Source of the DNA: a virus
Lineage: Duplodnaviria > Caudoviricetes
Length of the DNA: 64,000 nt
IMG/VR virus record: IMGVR_UViG_2901966883_000003
Direction: 5' to 3' (one strand)
A model generated the notes under the pieces. The model had not been told where the DNA came from. It ran no database searches and saw only the letters and a program-made list of their open reading frames with translations. This document shows, in pieces, positions 7,960 through 17,383 of the stretch; the first letter of the stretch is position 1, and the number at the start of each line of letters is the position of its first letter. The position numbers and the translations under genes were made by a program.

Positions 7960-8224
7960 TAATATTTAGTTCTGTATCTACAACTCTAATGTCGCAGCCC
8001 AAACAATAGTGTTTAAGCATTCCGTCAGCATTCTTTCCTATCAAAGATACACCAGTTTCCAAATTAGTAAGTACGTAGACATCTATGTTCTCATCTTTTA
8101 ATTGTCCGTTATAACCAACAATCCAGTATTCGTGGCGATGGTCTTCTGGGTTAATCACTTCTAAAACATCGCCGATTTTAATGTTTTCATCAACAATTAC
8201 GTTACGATTGTCTATTATTTCCAT
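7952..8224 (-). CDS. Small phage protein, tandem paralog family
   Basis: IKIGDVLEV...YWIVG...TNLETG...YCLGC...TELNI. Confidence 0.75.
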   Translation of the reverse strand: MEIIDNRNVIVDENIKIGDVLEVINPEDHRHEYWIVGYNGQLKDENIDVYVLTNLETGVSLIGKNADGMLKHYCLGCDIRVVDTELNIID

Positions 8225-8262
8225 AAAAATCTCCTTATAAAATATCCATTTTATTCACGCAC

Positions 8263-8664
8263 TTATTTTCCGTCTGTCAAATCAATAGGAACGTGTTTGA
8301 TGTGATTGTACTTTCCATCGAAATTAACACCAGCCATATTGAAATCTAGGCAATCTTTATATGCACCTTCGTCATCTTCGCCTTCTGGAACATTGTAGGC
8401 AACTAACGGTGCGATATACTCAATATCTCTTGTATGGAAAGCCCCACCCGCAGTATTAACCCACCTCGTAAACTCATCATAATTATCTAATTTGTCAAGA
8501 ATAGCATTATAGCCCCTTTCTAATTTAAGAAGACTATCATAATGTAAATAATGTATGATATAACCGTCATTCAAACCACTCTTAATATAAGTAACAATGC
8601 AATAGTGATACTCGTACTTGGTATCTACCATCAAACCATCGATTTTTCCTAACTGAAATGTCAT
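8263..8664 (-). CDS. Hypothetical protein
   Basis: ORF with GGAGGTG RBS in operon. Confidence 0.7.
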   Translation of the reverse strand: MTFQLGKIDGLMVDTKYEYHYCIVTYIKSGLNDGYIIHYLHYDSLLKLERGYNAILDKLDNYDEFTRWVNTAGGAFHTRDIEYIAPLVAYNVPEGEDDEGAYKDCLDFNMAGVNFDGKYNHIKHVPIDLTDGK

Positions 8665-8667
8665 ATC

Positions 8668-9066
8668 CTACACCTCCGTTTTAAAAGTCATTATAGTTGG
8701 GGTTGCACCCCATATCCACCAAATTACACACATCCACCATGTTGGATAGCACAGTGTCAAACGACACAAATAATATGGGATGACTGTATACCACATAATT
8801 ACTAAAATACTAGCAAGTGTAGTCCCCAATTTTGTAAGGTAGCCTTCTAAGATTTCACTGATTAAAAAGAATACACCACCCATAATCATAGATATTATTG
8901 GCATCATGATAGCCCATATATAGTAAATTAAAATTCCTTGTAAATTCCCCGTTAATATCATGGCTGAAAAGCATAGTGGCATGAAAACAAAATATAAAAA
9001 ACATGAAAATATAAGCATTGCAAACAATGTACTTTCCCCCTCTGCTAACACATTTATCAATCTCAA
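8668..9066 (-). CDS. Hypothetical multi-pass membrane protein
   Basis: About four hydrophobic segments. Confidence 0.65.
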   Translation of the reverse strand: MRLINVLAEGESTLFAMLIFSCFLYFVFMPLCFSAMILTGNLQGILIYYIWAIMMPIISMIMGGVFFLISEILEGYLTKLGTTLASILVIMWYTVIPYYLCRLTLCYPTWWMCVIWWIWGATPTIMTFKTEV

Positions 9067-9086
9067 TTTGTTATAGTCGCATTGAA

Positions 9087-9323
9087 TTAATCACCTAAGC
9101 TATCTATAATAATTAGCAGCACTACAACTAAACCAATCGTAGTTTGTATGCCAAAGAACAACCAGTATAATATCAACCAACCAACCCCAAGACATACATG
9201 GATTGCATGTGGAAAGAAGTAAATCACACAAGCTAATAGAACTAAATACGCAAGTGTTAATAGTCCCAATAATATTCCATCAATTATCTTTCCTATTATG
9301 GAAATCACTCCTTTAATCTTCAA
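9087..9323 (-). CDS. Small membrane protein
   Basis: Two hydrophobic helices; co-oriented with the operon. Confidence 0.6.
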   Translation of the reverse strand: MKIKGVISIIGKIIDGILLGLLTLAYLVLLACVIYFFPHAIHVCLGVGWLILYWLFFGIQTTIGLVVVLLIIIDSLGD

Positions 9324-9508
9324 ATAGGTCTACTAACATTGAATATGATAGATGACCCATGCCTATTACGATTAATGCAGACATGAAACCAAGCACAAAC
9401 ATACCTACCATGAATGCTCTACTTGAGATGTACAAGAAAAGGAAAGCCAATGTAAAGGCACAAGTTCCTACGAATAGTTTCAAAACTTCCATCTATCTCA
9501 CTTCCTTT

Positions 9509-9739
9509 TTATCGCCAATCTAACAGAACTATCATCGTAACCAATCCAGCTACGAAGCAAAAGAATGAAGGTACAAAAATGAAAAAACCATTTATTAGCA
9601 ACAATCCGCTTGCTACTCGACTTGTACCCCAATACATAGCAAATAATGCTACATATGTGCTTGCAATAATAAAACCGACAATGGTTGAAAATACCCAGAT
9701 AATTCTGTTGCGTTTTTCTCTTTCTGTATTATTCATCAT
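9509..9739 (-). CDS. Small membrane protein
   Basis: Strong RBS AAGGAGG; two hydrophobic helices. Confidence 0.7.
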   Translation of the reverse strand: MMNNTEREKRNRIIWVFSTIVGFIIASTYVALFAMYWGTSRVASGLLLINGFFIFVPSFFCFVAGLVTMIVLLDWR

Positions 9740-9839
9740 ATCTTCCCTCCTTTTAGAAACAGTAGCTCTTGTCTACCACTTCTAAAAGACTGGAAAACCC
9801 AGTCTACAACAACCATTATTCTTTTAGCAAATAGGAGTC

Positions 9840-10607
9840 TTATTTATTATTATGATGGAACCAGCTAATCTTCTTATCGAATAATGCAACTGCGTCATTA
9901 GATAAGTACAATAGGTATGTTACGAATAATACCCAGTTAACTGCTCCACTTGCTGCGGTAATTCCCCATAAAACAACAGAAGAAAGACCTTGTGCAATCC
10001 AGAAATAGTAGCTTTCTGAAAAACGTAATGTAGTTAACATAGCACCTGTAATACCAATAGCTGCTGCCACACTATCTACAACTGGACGTGGGCTAATGAA
10101 CCAATGTGTATCTGAGTAGTACAATACCAAAGCAACTACTACAAAGAATACTAATGTTAATAACCAATTACGCTTACCTTTACCACCTTCATGTAAGAAA
10201 CGTACCTTTTCTTCAACGTTCTTTGCCCAAGATGGCATAAGCAATACTGGTAAGTCTAATAACAGGATATAAACAGTTTGCAATAAAACATCATTGAAGT
10301 TCTTAGCATGAATAGCTACTGTAATGTAAATCAAAGCACTAACCAAACCAAAAATACCGTTTAATGGTTTAGCGTTTGTGATAGAAATAGTACATGTGAA
10401 ACCTAATGTACCAGCCAACAAAGTTAAAATTGAGATACCATTGATACCACTAGCAGCTGTCATACCAATAATTGCACCCAAACCAAACATCAACAGCATG
10501 TAGCTAGGAAAAGACCAGCCTTTCATTTGTTCTACATACCATGTTGGTTTCAACACGTTATACCATGCACCTGTGTTATCAAACTTATCTATTGTATTGT
10601 TTTCCAA
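9840..10607 (-). CDS. pnuC: PnuC-family nucleoside / nicotinamide riboside transporter
   Basis: About 7 TM helices; NGIFGLVSALIY, DSVAAAIGITGAMLTTLRFSESYYFWIAQ motifs. Confidence 0.85.
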   Translation of the reverse strand: MENNTIDKFDNTGAWYNVLKPTWYVEQMKGWSFPSYMLLMFGLGAIIGMTAASGINGISILTLLAGTLGFTCTISITNAKPLNGIFGLVSALIYITVAIHAKNFNDVLLQTVYILLLDLPVLLMPSWAKNVEEKVRFLHEGGKGKRNWLLTLVFFVVVALVLYYSDTHWFISPRPVVDSVAAAIGITGAMLTTLRFSESYYFWIAQGLSSVVLWGITAASGAVNWVLFVTYLLYLSNDAVALFDKKISWFHHNNK

Positions 10608-10719
10608 AATAATTCAACCTCTTTCTTCTCTTTAGCTTTCAGTCTTACGACTTGCTTATCCACGATTAACATCGCTTCTTAATTTGTTATAGAAAACGTA
10701 ATGAATTTAAGGTATAATA

Positions 10720-10890
10720 GGTATGAACCGAGTGTACCTCTAATTGTTTTAACATACTGAAACTGAAACGAAAAATGTCAAAAACACCTTTCTTACTTCC
10801 ATCCTGTAAACCTAATATTCGGAATTAAAAAAGGTCGGTACACTCACGAGGTTCTAGGATAGCTGATTCTGATAAGGCTATCCTATTTTT
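10720..10890 (+). ncRNA. Candidate sRNA antisense to the operon, with its own promoter and terminator
   Basis: TATAAT at 10713-10718; stem GAACCGAGTGTACC / GGTACACTC..GGTTC; terminator TAGGATAGC/GCTATCCTA-TTTTT at 10855-10890. Confidence 0.6.
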
Positions 10891-10897
10891 ATACCTT

Positions 10898-11044
10898 TTA
10901 ATAAATCATACCCATCAATTCACTACGCTTTCGTAGTTCTAAGACTAACTCTGAATAGACATACTCCAACTCTTTCCATCTTCCAGAACGTAAAATGTAA
11001 TTGAGTATATCTAATAATTCAGAAGTTTCATAATCATCAAACAT
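10898..11044 (-). CDS. Small hypothetical protein (48 aa)
   Basis: Manual translation MFDDYETSELLDILNYILRSGRWKELEYVYSELVLELRKRSELMGMIY; below the ORF-track cutoff. Confidence 0.5.
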   Translation of the reverse strand: MFDDYETSELLDILNYILRSGRWKELEYVYSELVLELRKRSELMGMIY

Positions 11045-11077
11045 TACATACCCTTGCACACTTCCCGAATGTTAAGA

Positions 11078-11461
11078 CTATACACGTTCGATATTAAAAC
11101 CTTTATGTTTATTGATTTTGCCATCTAAGACACGTCCAATAAACTCATCTTTTAGCTTGTTATCATCAACAAACTTTTGGTATTCTTCGCTGTTTTCTTC
11201 AAACACATTTTCATTACCATCTGTGTCAGTAAATTTAATCTTATTGACTTGTGTTTGTTCTTCTTGCTTTGGTTCGTCCTGTAAATCACTAGCAACTTCT
11301 AGGCTTTCTTCACGAGTATCTTTAACTTCATGAACATCAACTGCTGGAATTACTTCCTTAGTATAGAAGTGTTCCAACCTAGTAAACATTTGATTGCCTA
11401 TGTAGTAGACTCTCTTCATGATAACAGGCTCACCTTTATACCAACGATATGGTTTTGTCAC
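11078..11461 (-). CDS. Hypothetical protein
   Basis: ORF abutting the recD2-like stop; RBS GAGGTG. Confidence 0.7.
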   Translation of the reverse strand: MTKPYRWYKGEPVIMKRVYYIGNQMFTRLEHFYTKEVIPAVDVHEVKDTREESLEVASDLQDEPKQEEQTQVNKIKFTDTDGNENVFEENSEEYQKFVDDNKLKDEFIGRVLDGKINKHKGFNIERV

Positions 11462-13782
11462 TAAATTTCACCTCGCTTTCTGGCTTCCAAAGACATGAAT
11501 GCAGATAGATTTGTCTTATGCACCTTGTTTGTAGACTTCTTAATAGCCTTAGCCAAAGTAGCATAACTAGATATTACAAAACATAATTCACTTGTACGTG
11601 TAATAGCTGTATAAACCAACTCACGACTGTTCAACATGAATTGGAATGGTAATACCACAATTACACATGGGATAGTAGAACCCTGTGACTTATGTACTGT
11701 AATTGCATAACCAAGTCTAATACTTCTTAAATCACCACTGTCCAAAAGCACTCTGCCGATACCGTCAAAGTTGATTACAGACTCAATATATTCATCGCCA
11801 TCTTCGTCAACTTGTTTTGTAATAGACTCGATTATCCCAGTGTTACCATTATAAATAGGAGTAATAGCATTGCCTTTTTCAGCAGAAACAGTACGTCTAT
11901 TATTTACTGTATTGATGACCTTATCACCTACACGTAAAACATAATCATCATCTTTGTTTTGGAATGAAACGACATACTCTTCCTTTTTCCTATTCTTAGG
12001 GTTAGCAATCTGTTGGCAAAGGGCATTTAACGCATTACAATTCTTTGTAGTTTGTGTGATAATCTGAATGTCTTTTACTTTATACTTACTCAAGGCTTTC
12101 TTGAAAAAGACCAAAGCGTTAGGAATTAGATTATCTACCACTCTACCTTGATTATCATGTTCCTTCTCATTCTCAAGTAACTTATATACTAAGTCCTTTT
12201 TAGTACCACATAGGAATAAACCTTCTTTGTTTACTTCCTTTGGCATAGTACCTTTACGATACGTAATAGAATGAGATATAATGGCACTTTCTTCTGCTTG
12301 TCTATGAATTTCAGTTAAGGTGATTGTAGGAATAACTTGCGAGTCTAAAATGCCAGACATAACACCGATACCGATTGAATCAAGCTGACCCGAGTCACCT
12401 ACCATGATTAACTTAGCCCCATCTTTGATTGCACTAACCAAACTATAAAACAGGTCTAAATTAACCATTGAAACTTCATCTAAAATAATTACATCATAAG
12501 GCAATGGGTTCTTCTTCCAATAATTAAACATGGAATCTGAACTGGGATTGTATTGCAATAATCTATGAATAGTCATACCTTGCAACCCTGTAACTTTAGT
12601 TAAGTTATCCGCTGCCTTACCAGATAAAGCACATTGAGCTATTGTAAAGTCATTAGCTTGCATAGCTCTTACTACTGCTTTAAGCAAAGATGATTTACCT
12701 GTACCAGAATAACCTTGTAATAAGAAGACGTTATTTGTGGCGATGGTATGGATAGCTTCTAATTGTTGCTTACCATACTTCCAGCCTTGTTCCTTTTCAA
12801 CTTCTGATATGTAGGTATCAATATCATCAATACTCTTTTTGTTATCCCAAGCATTTTGAACCCTTAATAGTTCATAAGCTGTTTTCTTCTCAAGTTCATA
12901 TGTTTCCCTTAAAGCTACGCAATTAACACCATCTTTTTTGAATATCTTAAAGTCTTCATTACCTAAGATAAAGTTAGTAGCACTATCTAAATCAGCATTA
13001 TAGACTTCTGTACGTAGATGATTACGTAGCTTTTCAATAGGAATATATGAGTCACCAGACATGCTTAAATCATCAAAGAAATTATAGATATAAGCCTCAA
13101 CACGTCTTCTGTCATTAGGTGCAATACCATTTTCTAACGCTTTGTTATCAATAGTCTTAAACCCTATGCCAGGAATACGGTCAAGATATAGATTGTATGG
13201 ATTTTCATTCAGCTTTTTAATAGCCAAATCTTGATTGCGATATTTGTTAACGATAGTTTTAATTTTAGAATGAGTAAAGCCCCACTTACCAAATACTGCA
13301 ATAGCCATACTATAATCACGTTGGCTACCATACTTATCTAATATCTTTGAAGCCTTAACCTTGCCAATACCGTTTACCTTTTCAAGCTCACTGGTATCGT
13401 TTTGTTCGAGAGCTTTATTCATAATATCTTTAGTCTTTTCACCGAAGTATTCAGCGACCTTATCAGCACTATTGCCTAGACTAGCCATAAACTCGTTAAA
13501 GTCTTCTGCACTCATATCTTCAATAGCACGTGTACGCTTGTATGACTCGATATTATATTGCTCACCATATTTCTTATCAACAATGTATGAGGCAACAATT
13601 TCATACTCTGTTTTCGGTAGTAGCTCCATACCACCTTTAAGAGTGATATTGCCATAATTGTTGTATCTGAATAAGCCTTCTAGCTCATCAAGAACGTTAA
13701 TACTAGCAATTTTAAAATCACTTGTTTTGGAAGAAAAAATATAGTTATTAAGCGTTCCTACAAATTTAATTCCATCTCTCAT
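11461..13782 (-). CDS. recD2: RecD2-like SF1B helicase
   Basis: N-terminal YGEQY and HhH motifs, GYSGTGKS Walker A, DEVSM, VGDSGQL, YAITVHKSQG, YTAITR. Confidence 0.93.
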   Translation of the reverse strand: MRDGIKFVGTLNNYIFSSKTSDFKIASINVLDELEGLFRYNNYGNITLKGGMELLPKTEYEIVASYIVDKKYGEQYNIESYKRTRAIEDMSAEDFNEFMASLGNSADKVAEYFGEKTKDIMNKALEQNDTSELEKVNGIGKVKASKILDKYGSQRDYSMAIAVFGKWGFTHSKIKTIVNKYRNQDLAIKKLNENPYNLYLDRIPGIGFKTIDNKALENGIAPNDRRRVEAYIYNFFDDLSMSGDSYIPIEKLRNHLRTEVYNADLDSATNFILGNEDFKIFKKDGVNCVALRETYELEKKTAYELLRVQNAWDNKKSIDDIDTYISEVEKEQGWKYGKQQLEAIHTIATNNVFLLQGYSGTGKSSLLKAVVRAMQANDFTIAQCALSGKAADNLTKVTGLQGMTIHRLLQYNPSSDSMFNYWKKNPLPYDVIILDEVSMVNLDLFYSLVSAIKDGAKLIMVGDSGQLDSIGIGVMSGILDSQVIPTITLTEIHRQAEESAIISHSITYRKGTMPKEVNKEGLFLCGTKKDLVYKLLENEKEHDNQGRVVDNLIPNALVFFKKALSKYKVKDIQIITQTTKNCNALNALCQQIANPKNRKKEEYVVSFQNKDDDYVLRVGDKVINTVNNRRTVSAEKGNAITPIYNGNTGIIESITKQVDEDGDEYIESVINFDGIGRVLLDSGDLRSIRLGYAITVHKSQGSTIPCVIVVLPFQFMLNSRELVYTAITRTSELCFVISSYATLAKAIKKSTNKVHKTNLSAFMSLEARKRGEI

Positions 13783-14081
13783 GAACTTTTCACAGCCTTT
13801 ACTATTTGCATTGCTTGAGCGCCATCAACGTTGTAATAATCTAGCATATCTGCTACATGATTACTTGTTTCGTGATAAACCAAAATCGGTCTACCAGACT
13901 CAATAGCTCTGTCCACATCATCTTTACTTAAAACAGCTGATATAGCACCTTTAGAACGGTGATACTCTTTAAGGTCAAGAGTTGTGAACATTTCATAGTG
14001 AATAATCGACTTGAACTTTGCCATGTTAAAATCACGTCTTAACTTGAAAGTCCCACGACCTTCATCAGTTACAATTTCCAT
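13779..14081 (-). CDS. Hypothetical protein
   Basis: ORF coupled to both neighbours. Confidence 0.65.
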   Translation of the reverse strand: MEIVTDEGRGTFKLRRDFNMAKFKSIIHYEMFTTLDLKEYHRSKGAISAVLSKDDVDRAIESGRPILVYHETSNHVADMLDYYNVDGAQAMQIVKAVKSS

Positions 14082-14568
14082 CTATTGTCTCCCTCCCTCT
14101 CAAGTATTTATTGCAAAGTAACTTGTTGTAGGGGTAAGGAATATAGCCTTGTAAATTATTTGTACGGATATATTTAAGGGCTTTTGCCTTACTAGAAAAG
14201 ATAGTAGTATCATCTATGCCGAGCGAACTAGATAATACATAATGATTTTGGTGTTTCTTGACAAGACTTACATATTCTTTGAAGTGTTTATCTGTTTTCA
14301 ACTTCTTTATGAATGGATCGTCTGTCTTTTTACCAGCAAATTTAGAAAGGACTTGCTTGAGAGTTGGTTTTGTTCGTAGAGTTAAGTTTTCCATCACCAT
14401 ATTTGCGAATGCGAAATATCTTTGATAGAAATAACGATTGCTTAGATATTCTCTGCACCATACTAGGTCTGGGTCATTATCATCTAATGTCCATTCAATA
14501 TCTAAACCGTTCTTATACTCTGCGTTTTTTAAATGCTCGTAGAAAGAGTTACTAAGCAGAATTTTCAC
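14065..14568 (-). CDS. Hypothetical protein
   Basis: First ORF after the promoter at 14.6 kb. Confidence 0.65.
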   Translation of the reverse strand: MKILLSNSFYEHLKNAEYKNGLDIEWTLDDNDPDLVWCREYLSNRYFYQRYFAFANMVMENLTLRTKPTLKQVLSKFAGKKTDDPFIKKLKTDKHFKEYVSLVKKHQNHYVLSSSLGIDDTTIFSSKAKALKYIRTNNLQGYIPYPYNKLLCNKYLRGRETIDGNCN

Positions 14569-14599
14569 CTTCCTTATTTCGTGCTTGTAAGTTATTTGT

Positions 14600-14658
14600 T
14601 TATTCTTTAAACTCTTAACTTAACTATTACATTATAACATATATACATATTAAGTCAA
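14600..14658 (-). promoter_or_regulatory. SigA-type promoter with conserved leader motif
   Basis: TTGACT-16-TATAAT with extended TG, then AGTTAAGAGTTTAAAGAATAA. Confidence 0.8.
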
Positions 14659-14668
14659 TAATTAAACA

Positions 14669-14701
14669 TGAAAAAAGCACTCGTTTTTGAGTGCTAATTT
14701 T
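14669..14701 (-). terminator. Intrinsic terminator after the helicase operon
   Basis: AGCACTC/GAGTGCT hairpin followed by a T run on the minus strand. Confidence 0.7.
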
Positions 14702-14702
14702 C

Positions 14703-16184
14703 CTATACCAATGCTCTATCTAAACGACAAGTCCCTACATCTGTAAAGGTATTTAAACCTCGATTTACCTTTAATACAACTTGTTCATTAGTTGTCCCTT
14801 GACGGTTCTTGTCCCAGAATACAATCACATAATCATCTTCTGGTTGTAATTCAACTTCATATCCAGCTGCATTATGCACCGTTAATCTTTCAGAAGCCTT
14901 AGCCTCTGGGTCTTTTTCACTTTGAGTTACATCACGAACCAACATAACAGATGAGGCAACGTCAATGATATTTTTAGAAACCCCTAATTGTGATTGGTCT
15001 AAATATCTTGAATTGCGTCCACCTTTAGATAATTGAGCTGTAACCCAGACATGAACATTCAAGCTTGATTCCTTGATAACGTTATACAATCTAACCATGT
15101 TTTGTTGCATAACTAACCAACTTTTATCACTAACATGTGAACCTGTATCATTATCTAACTTTAACGTATCTAATACGAAATACTTAACATCATACATTGT
15201 TGCATACTTCTTAATCAATCTGATTGTCTTGGCCATACTAAAACTTTCCATACTTACAAATCGTATAGTATTTTCTTCAATATTTGCTTTATACCAATCA
15301 CTTGCTTCTTTTAGATATTCCATTTCCTTATCTGAAAAACCACCAGTAAAGAAACGGTTCTTATTGAAATAAGCATTCTTGTGTTTTGTATTGATAAATC
15401 TAACCAACAATTCCTGTTGCCACTTACTTCTATCTTCTTCGTTGGCGATGATTAATACAGGTTCTTTATTCTCAATACATGATTGAACATGAATTAAAGT
15501 AGTTAAGAAACTCTTACCAACACCAGAATGAGCTGCCAGCATAGTAATATTACCCAAGCGTAAGCCATGCTGTATGTCTTCCATTAACTTTGACTTTAAT
15601 GGTAAACCAGCTTCCTTACCGAGATTAGCGGACTCTATCATTTCGTCCATGCCTCTAAAAATATCTCCAACCTTTTCATATTGACTATCTGTGTCAATAA
15701 AAGCATTATTGACTACATTAGTAAAATAGTCGTTGAGTTCTTCTAAAGGCATACTTTTAAGGTTTTTCCATTGACTTTCGATAGGGAAACCTTTCTTGTA
15801 CAAAATTCTCAACACTTGGTATTTTTGGATATTGTTGTAGTATGTTTCGATATTGCTTTCTTCAACCAATTCCATACCATCAGCAATTTCTTGAAATCCA
15901 CCAAAGGCATTATATAGCTCTTGTAATTTATCACTTTGTCCAGATACATAAGTACCTACCGTAACAGCGTCTAGTTTATGCACATTGCTATTATCTATTA
16001 AGTCTTGTGCAATACCGTAGAACATTTTCCAACCTTCACTAGCAAACATTGTTGGTTTTAATTTGTATTCATAATACAATTCTGTGTCCTTATATATGGA
16101 TAATACATACAAACCTTCTTCACGTTGTTGGTCGTATACTAAGTTCTTTTCAAAATCTGACAACTCTTCTATTTTCTTTGGCAA
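14703..16184 (-). CDS. DnaB-like replicative helicase
   Basis: LAAHSGVGKS Walker A, IANEE, FVLDTLK, TAQL, KNRQG motifs. Confidence 0.9.
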   Translation of the reverse strand: MPKKIEELSDFEKNLVYDQQREEGLYVLSIYKDTELYYEYKLKPTMFASEGWKMFYGIAQDLIDNSNVHKLDAVTVGTYVSGQSDKLQELYNAFGGFQEIADGMELVEESNIETYYNNIQKYQVLRILYKKGFPIESQWKNLKSMPLEELNDYFTNVVNNAFIDTDSQYEKVGDIFRGMDEMIESANLGKEAGLPLKSKLMEDIQHGLRLGNITMLAAHSGVGKSFLTTLIHVQSCIENKEPVLIIANEEDRSKWQQELLVRFINTKHKNAYFNKNRFFTGGFSDKEMEYLKEASDWYKANIEENTIRFVSMESFSMAKTIRLIKKYATMYDVKYFVLDTLKLDNDTGSHVSDKSWLVMQQNMVRLYNVIKESSLNVHVWVTAQLSKGGRNSRYLDQSQLGVSKNIIDVASSVMLVRDVTQSEKDPEAKASERLTVHNAAGYEVELQPEDDYVIVFWDKNRQGTTNEQVVLKVNRGLNTFTDVGTCRLDRALV

Positions 16185-16188
16185 GTTT

Positions 16189-16503
16189 CTATCCCACTTT
16201 CATTAAATTATTGGTTATATAAGCCTTTTCTTCGGCTGCAAATTTACTTAATGTTTCTGGGTCGTATAATGATTTAAGTGTTTTATCACTTCGATACATA
16301 ATTTCCAAAGTATTAAACAGCATATTTAATACCGCCCCATTAGAAACATTAAAATATTTGTGTGTATTGTCTATAATCTTCATGAAAATACGTTCCTTGT
16401 TTTCTGATTTAACAATACCTTCTAATCCAAAACTTGATAGCAACAACATTTTGTTACGTTCAAGTTCATTCTTTACATATTCTAGTTCGCTAGTTCTATC
16501 CAA
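16189..16503 (-). CDS. Hypothetical protein
   Basis: ORF with AAGGAGG RBS in the replication operon. Confidence 0.65.
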   Translation of the reverse strand: MDRTSELEYVKNELERNKMLLLSSFGLEGIVKSENKERIFMKIIDNTHKYFNVSNGAVLNMLFNTLEIMYRSDKTLKSLYDPETLSKFAAEEKAYITNNLMKVG

Positions 16504-16520
16504 CTACAAGCAGAACCTCC

Positions 16521-17372
16521 TTATTTCTCATCTTCAAGCCAAGCCCATCTAGCTTTGCCACTTGTTTTAGACTTGCGTTGATATGGTAGTTTCTCAACGT
16601 TACTCAATCTCTCTTTTTCTGCCAAGCGTTTCTTAGTTTCAATTTCAGTCAATTCCTTTTGACGTTCCATCGCTTTTACTCTACCGTTAATAAAGTCAAT
16701 GTTGTTCCAGATGATAACCATTGCATAGTTAATCTTGTGGTTCATATCATGAAATCTACGACTCGCAAATTCTTCAGTGATTTGTGTTTTAACGTATTTC
16801 ATAGTGTAAAGGATAGTCTTATAAGAATAACCAGCCTCAACACCCATAATAACGTCACCTCGGTTAAGTCTTTTCTTACCAATTCGTAATGCTGCAAGCC
16901 TATAAACAATAGCTTTATTCTCTCTTGCTTGCGATGGTCGCATATTTAGAATTTCATAAGCAAAGTAGTCGTATACTTCTTCCCATTCCTTGTTTTCTTG
17001 CTTTCTCAAGTCTGCATTTTGCATATTGTTAATATACTTGATATAGCAATTAGGGTGATACTTGCCATAGCTATTACCAAACTGGTTATACAACACCAGT
17101 GACTCATCTGTATCAACGAATAATCTTCCACAATACGTACAATTAGGCTTTTTCTGGGCGGTTCTTCTCTCATTCAATTTCTTACGATATGAAGCCGACT
17201 CGATTTCCCCACCCTGTTCTTCTAATACCTTTTTAAATTCTGGCAAACATTTCTCATGAAATCTTCTGTGAGCTGATTTCCCACTTGTATAAGGAACTCT
17301 AAACTCTACAATATCCATTTCATCTTCAAAAGTTCCACCACAGTAGAAACACGTTTTAGCTCTCTTTGCCAT
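16521..17372 (-). CDS. Zinc-binding replication-region protein (possible helicase partner)
   Basis: Two CxxC...HxxC modules; upstream of the helicase as in SPbeta-like phages. Confidence 0.6.
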   Translation of the reverse strand: MAKRAKTCFYCGGTFEDEMDIVEFRVPYTSGKSAHRRFHEKCLPEFKKVLEEQGGEIESASYRKKLNERRTAQKKPNCTYCGRLFVDTDESLVLYNQFGNSYGKYHPNCYIKYINNMQNADLRKQENKEWEEVYDYFAYEILNMRPSQARENKAIVYRLAALRIGKKRLNRGDVIMGVEAGYSYKTILYTMKYVKTQITEEFASRRFHDMNHKINYAMVIIWNNIDFINGRVKAMERQKELTEIETKKRLAEKERLSNVEKLPYQRKSKTSGKARWAWLEDEK

Positions 17373-17383
17373 ATTCCACCTAC

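Noticed and set aside
10608-10710. NAD or nucleoside riboswitch upstream of pnuC
   Set aside because: No recognisable aptamer; the structured element nearby has promoter and terminator polarity on the opposite strand.
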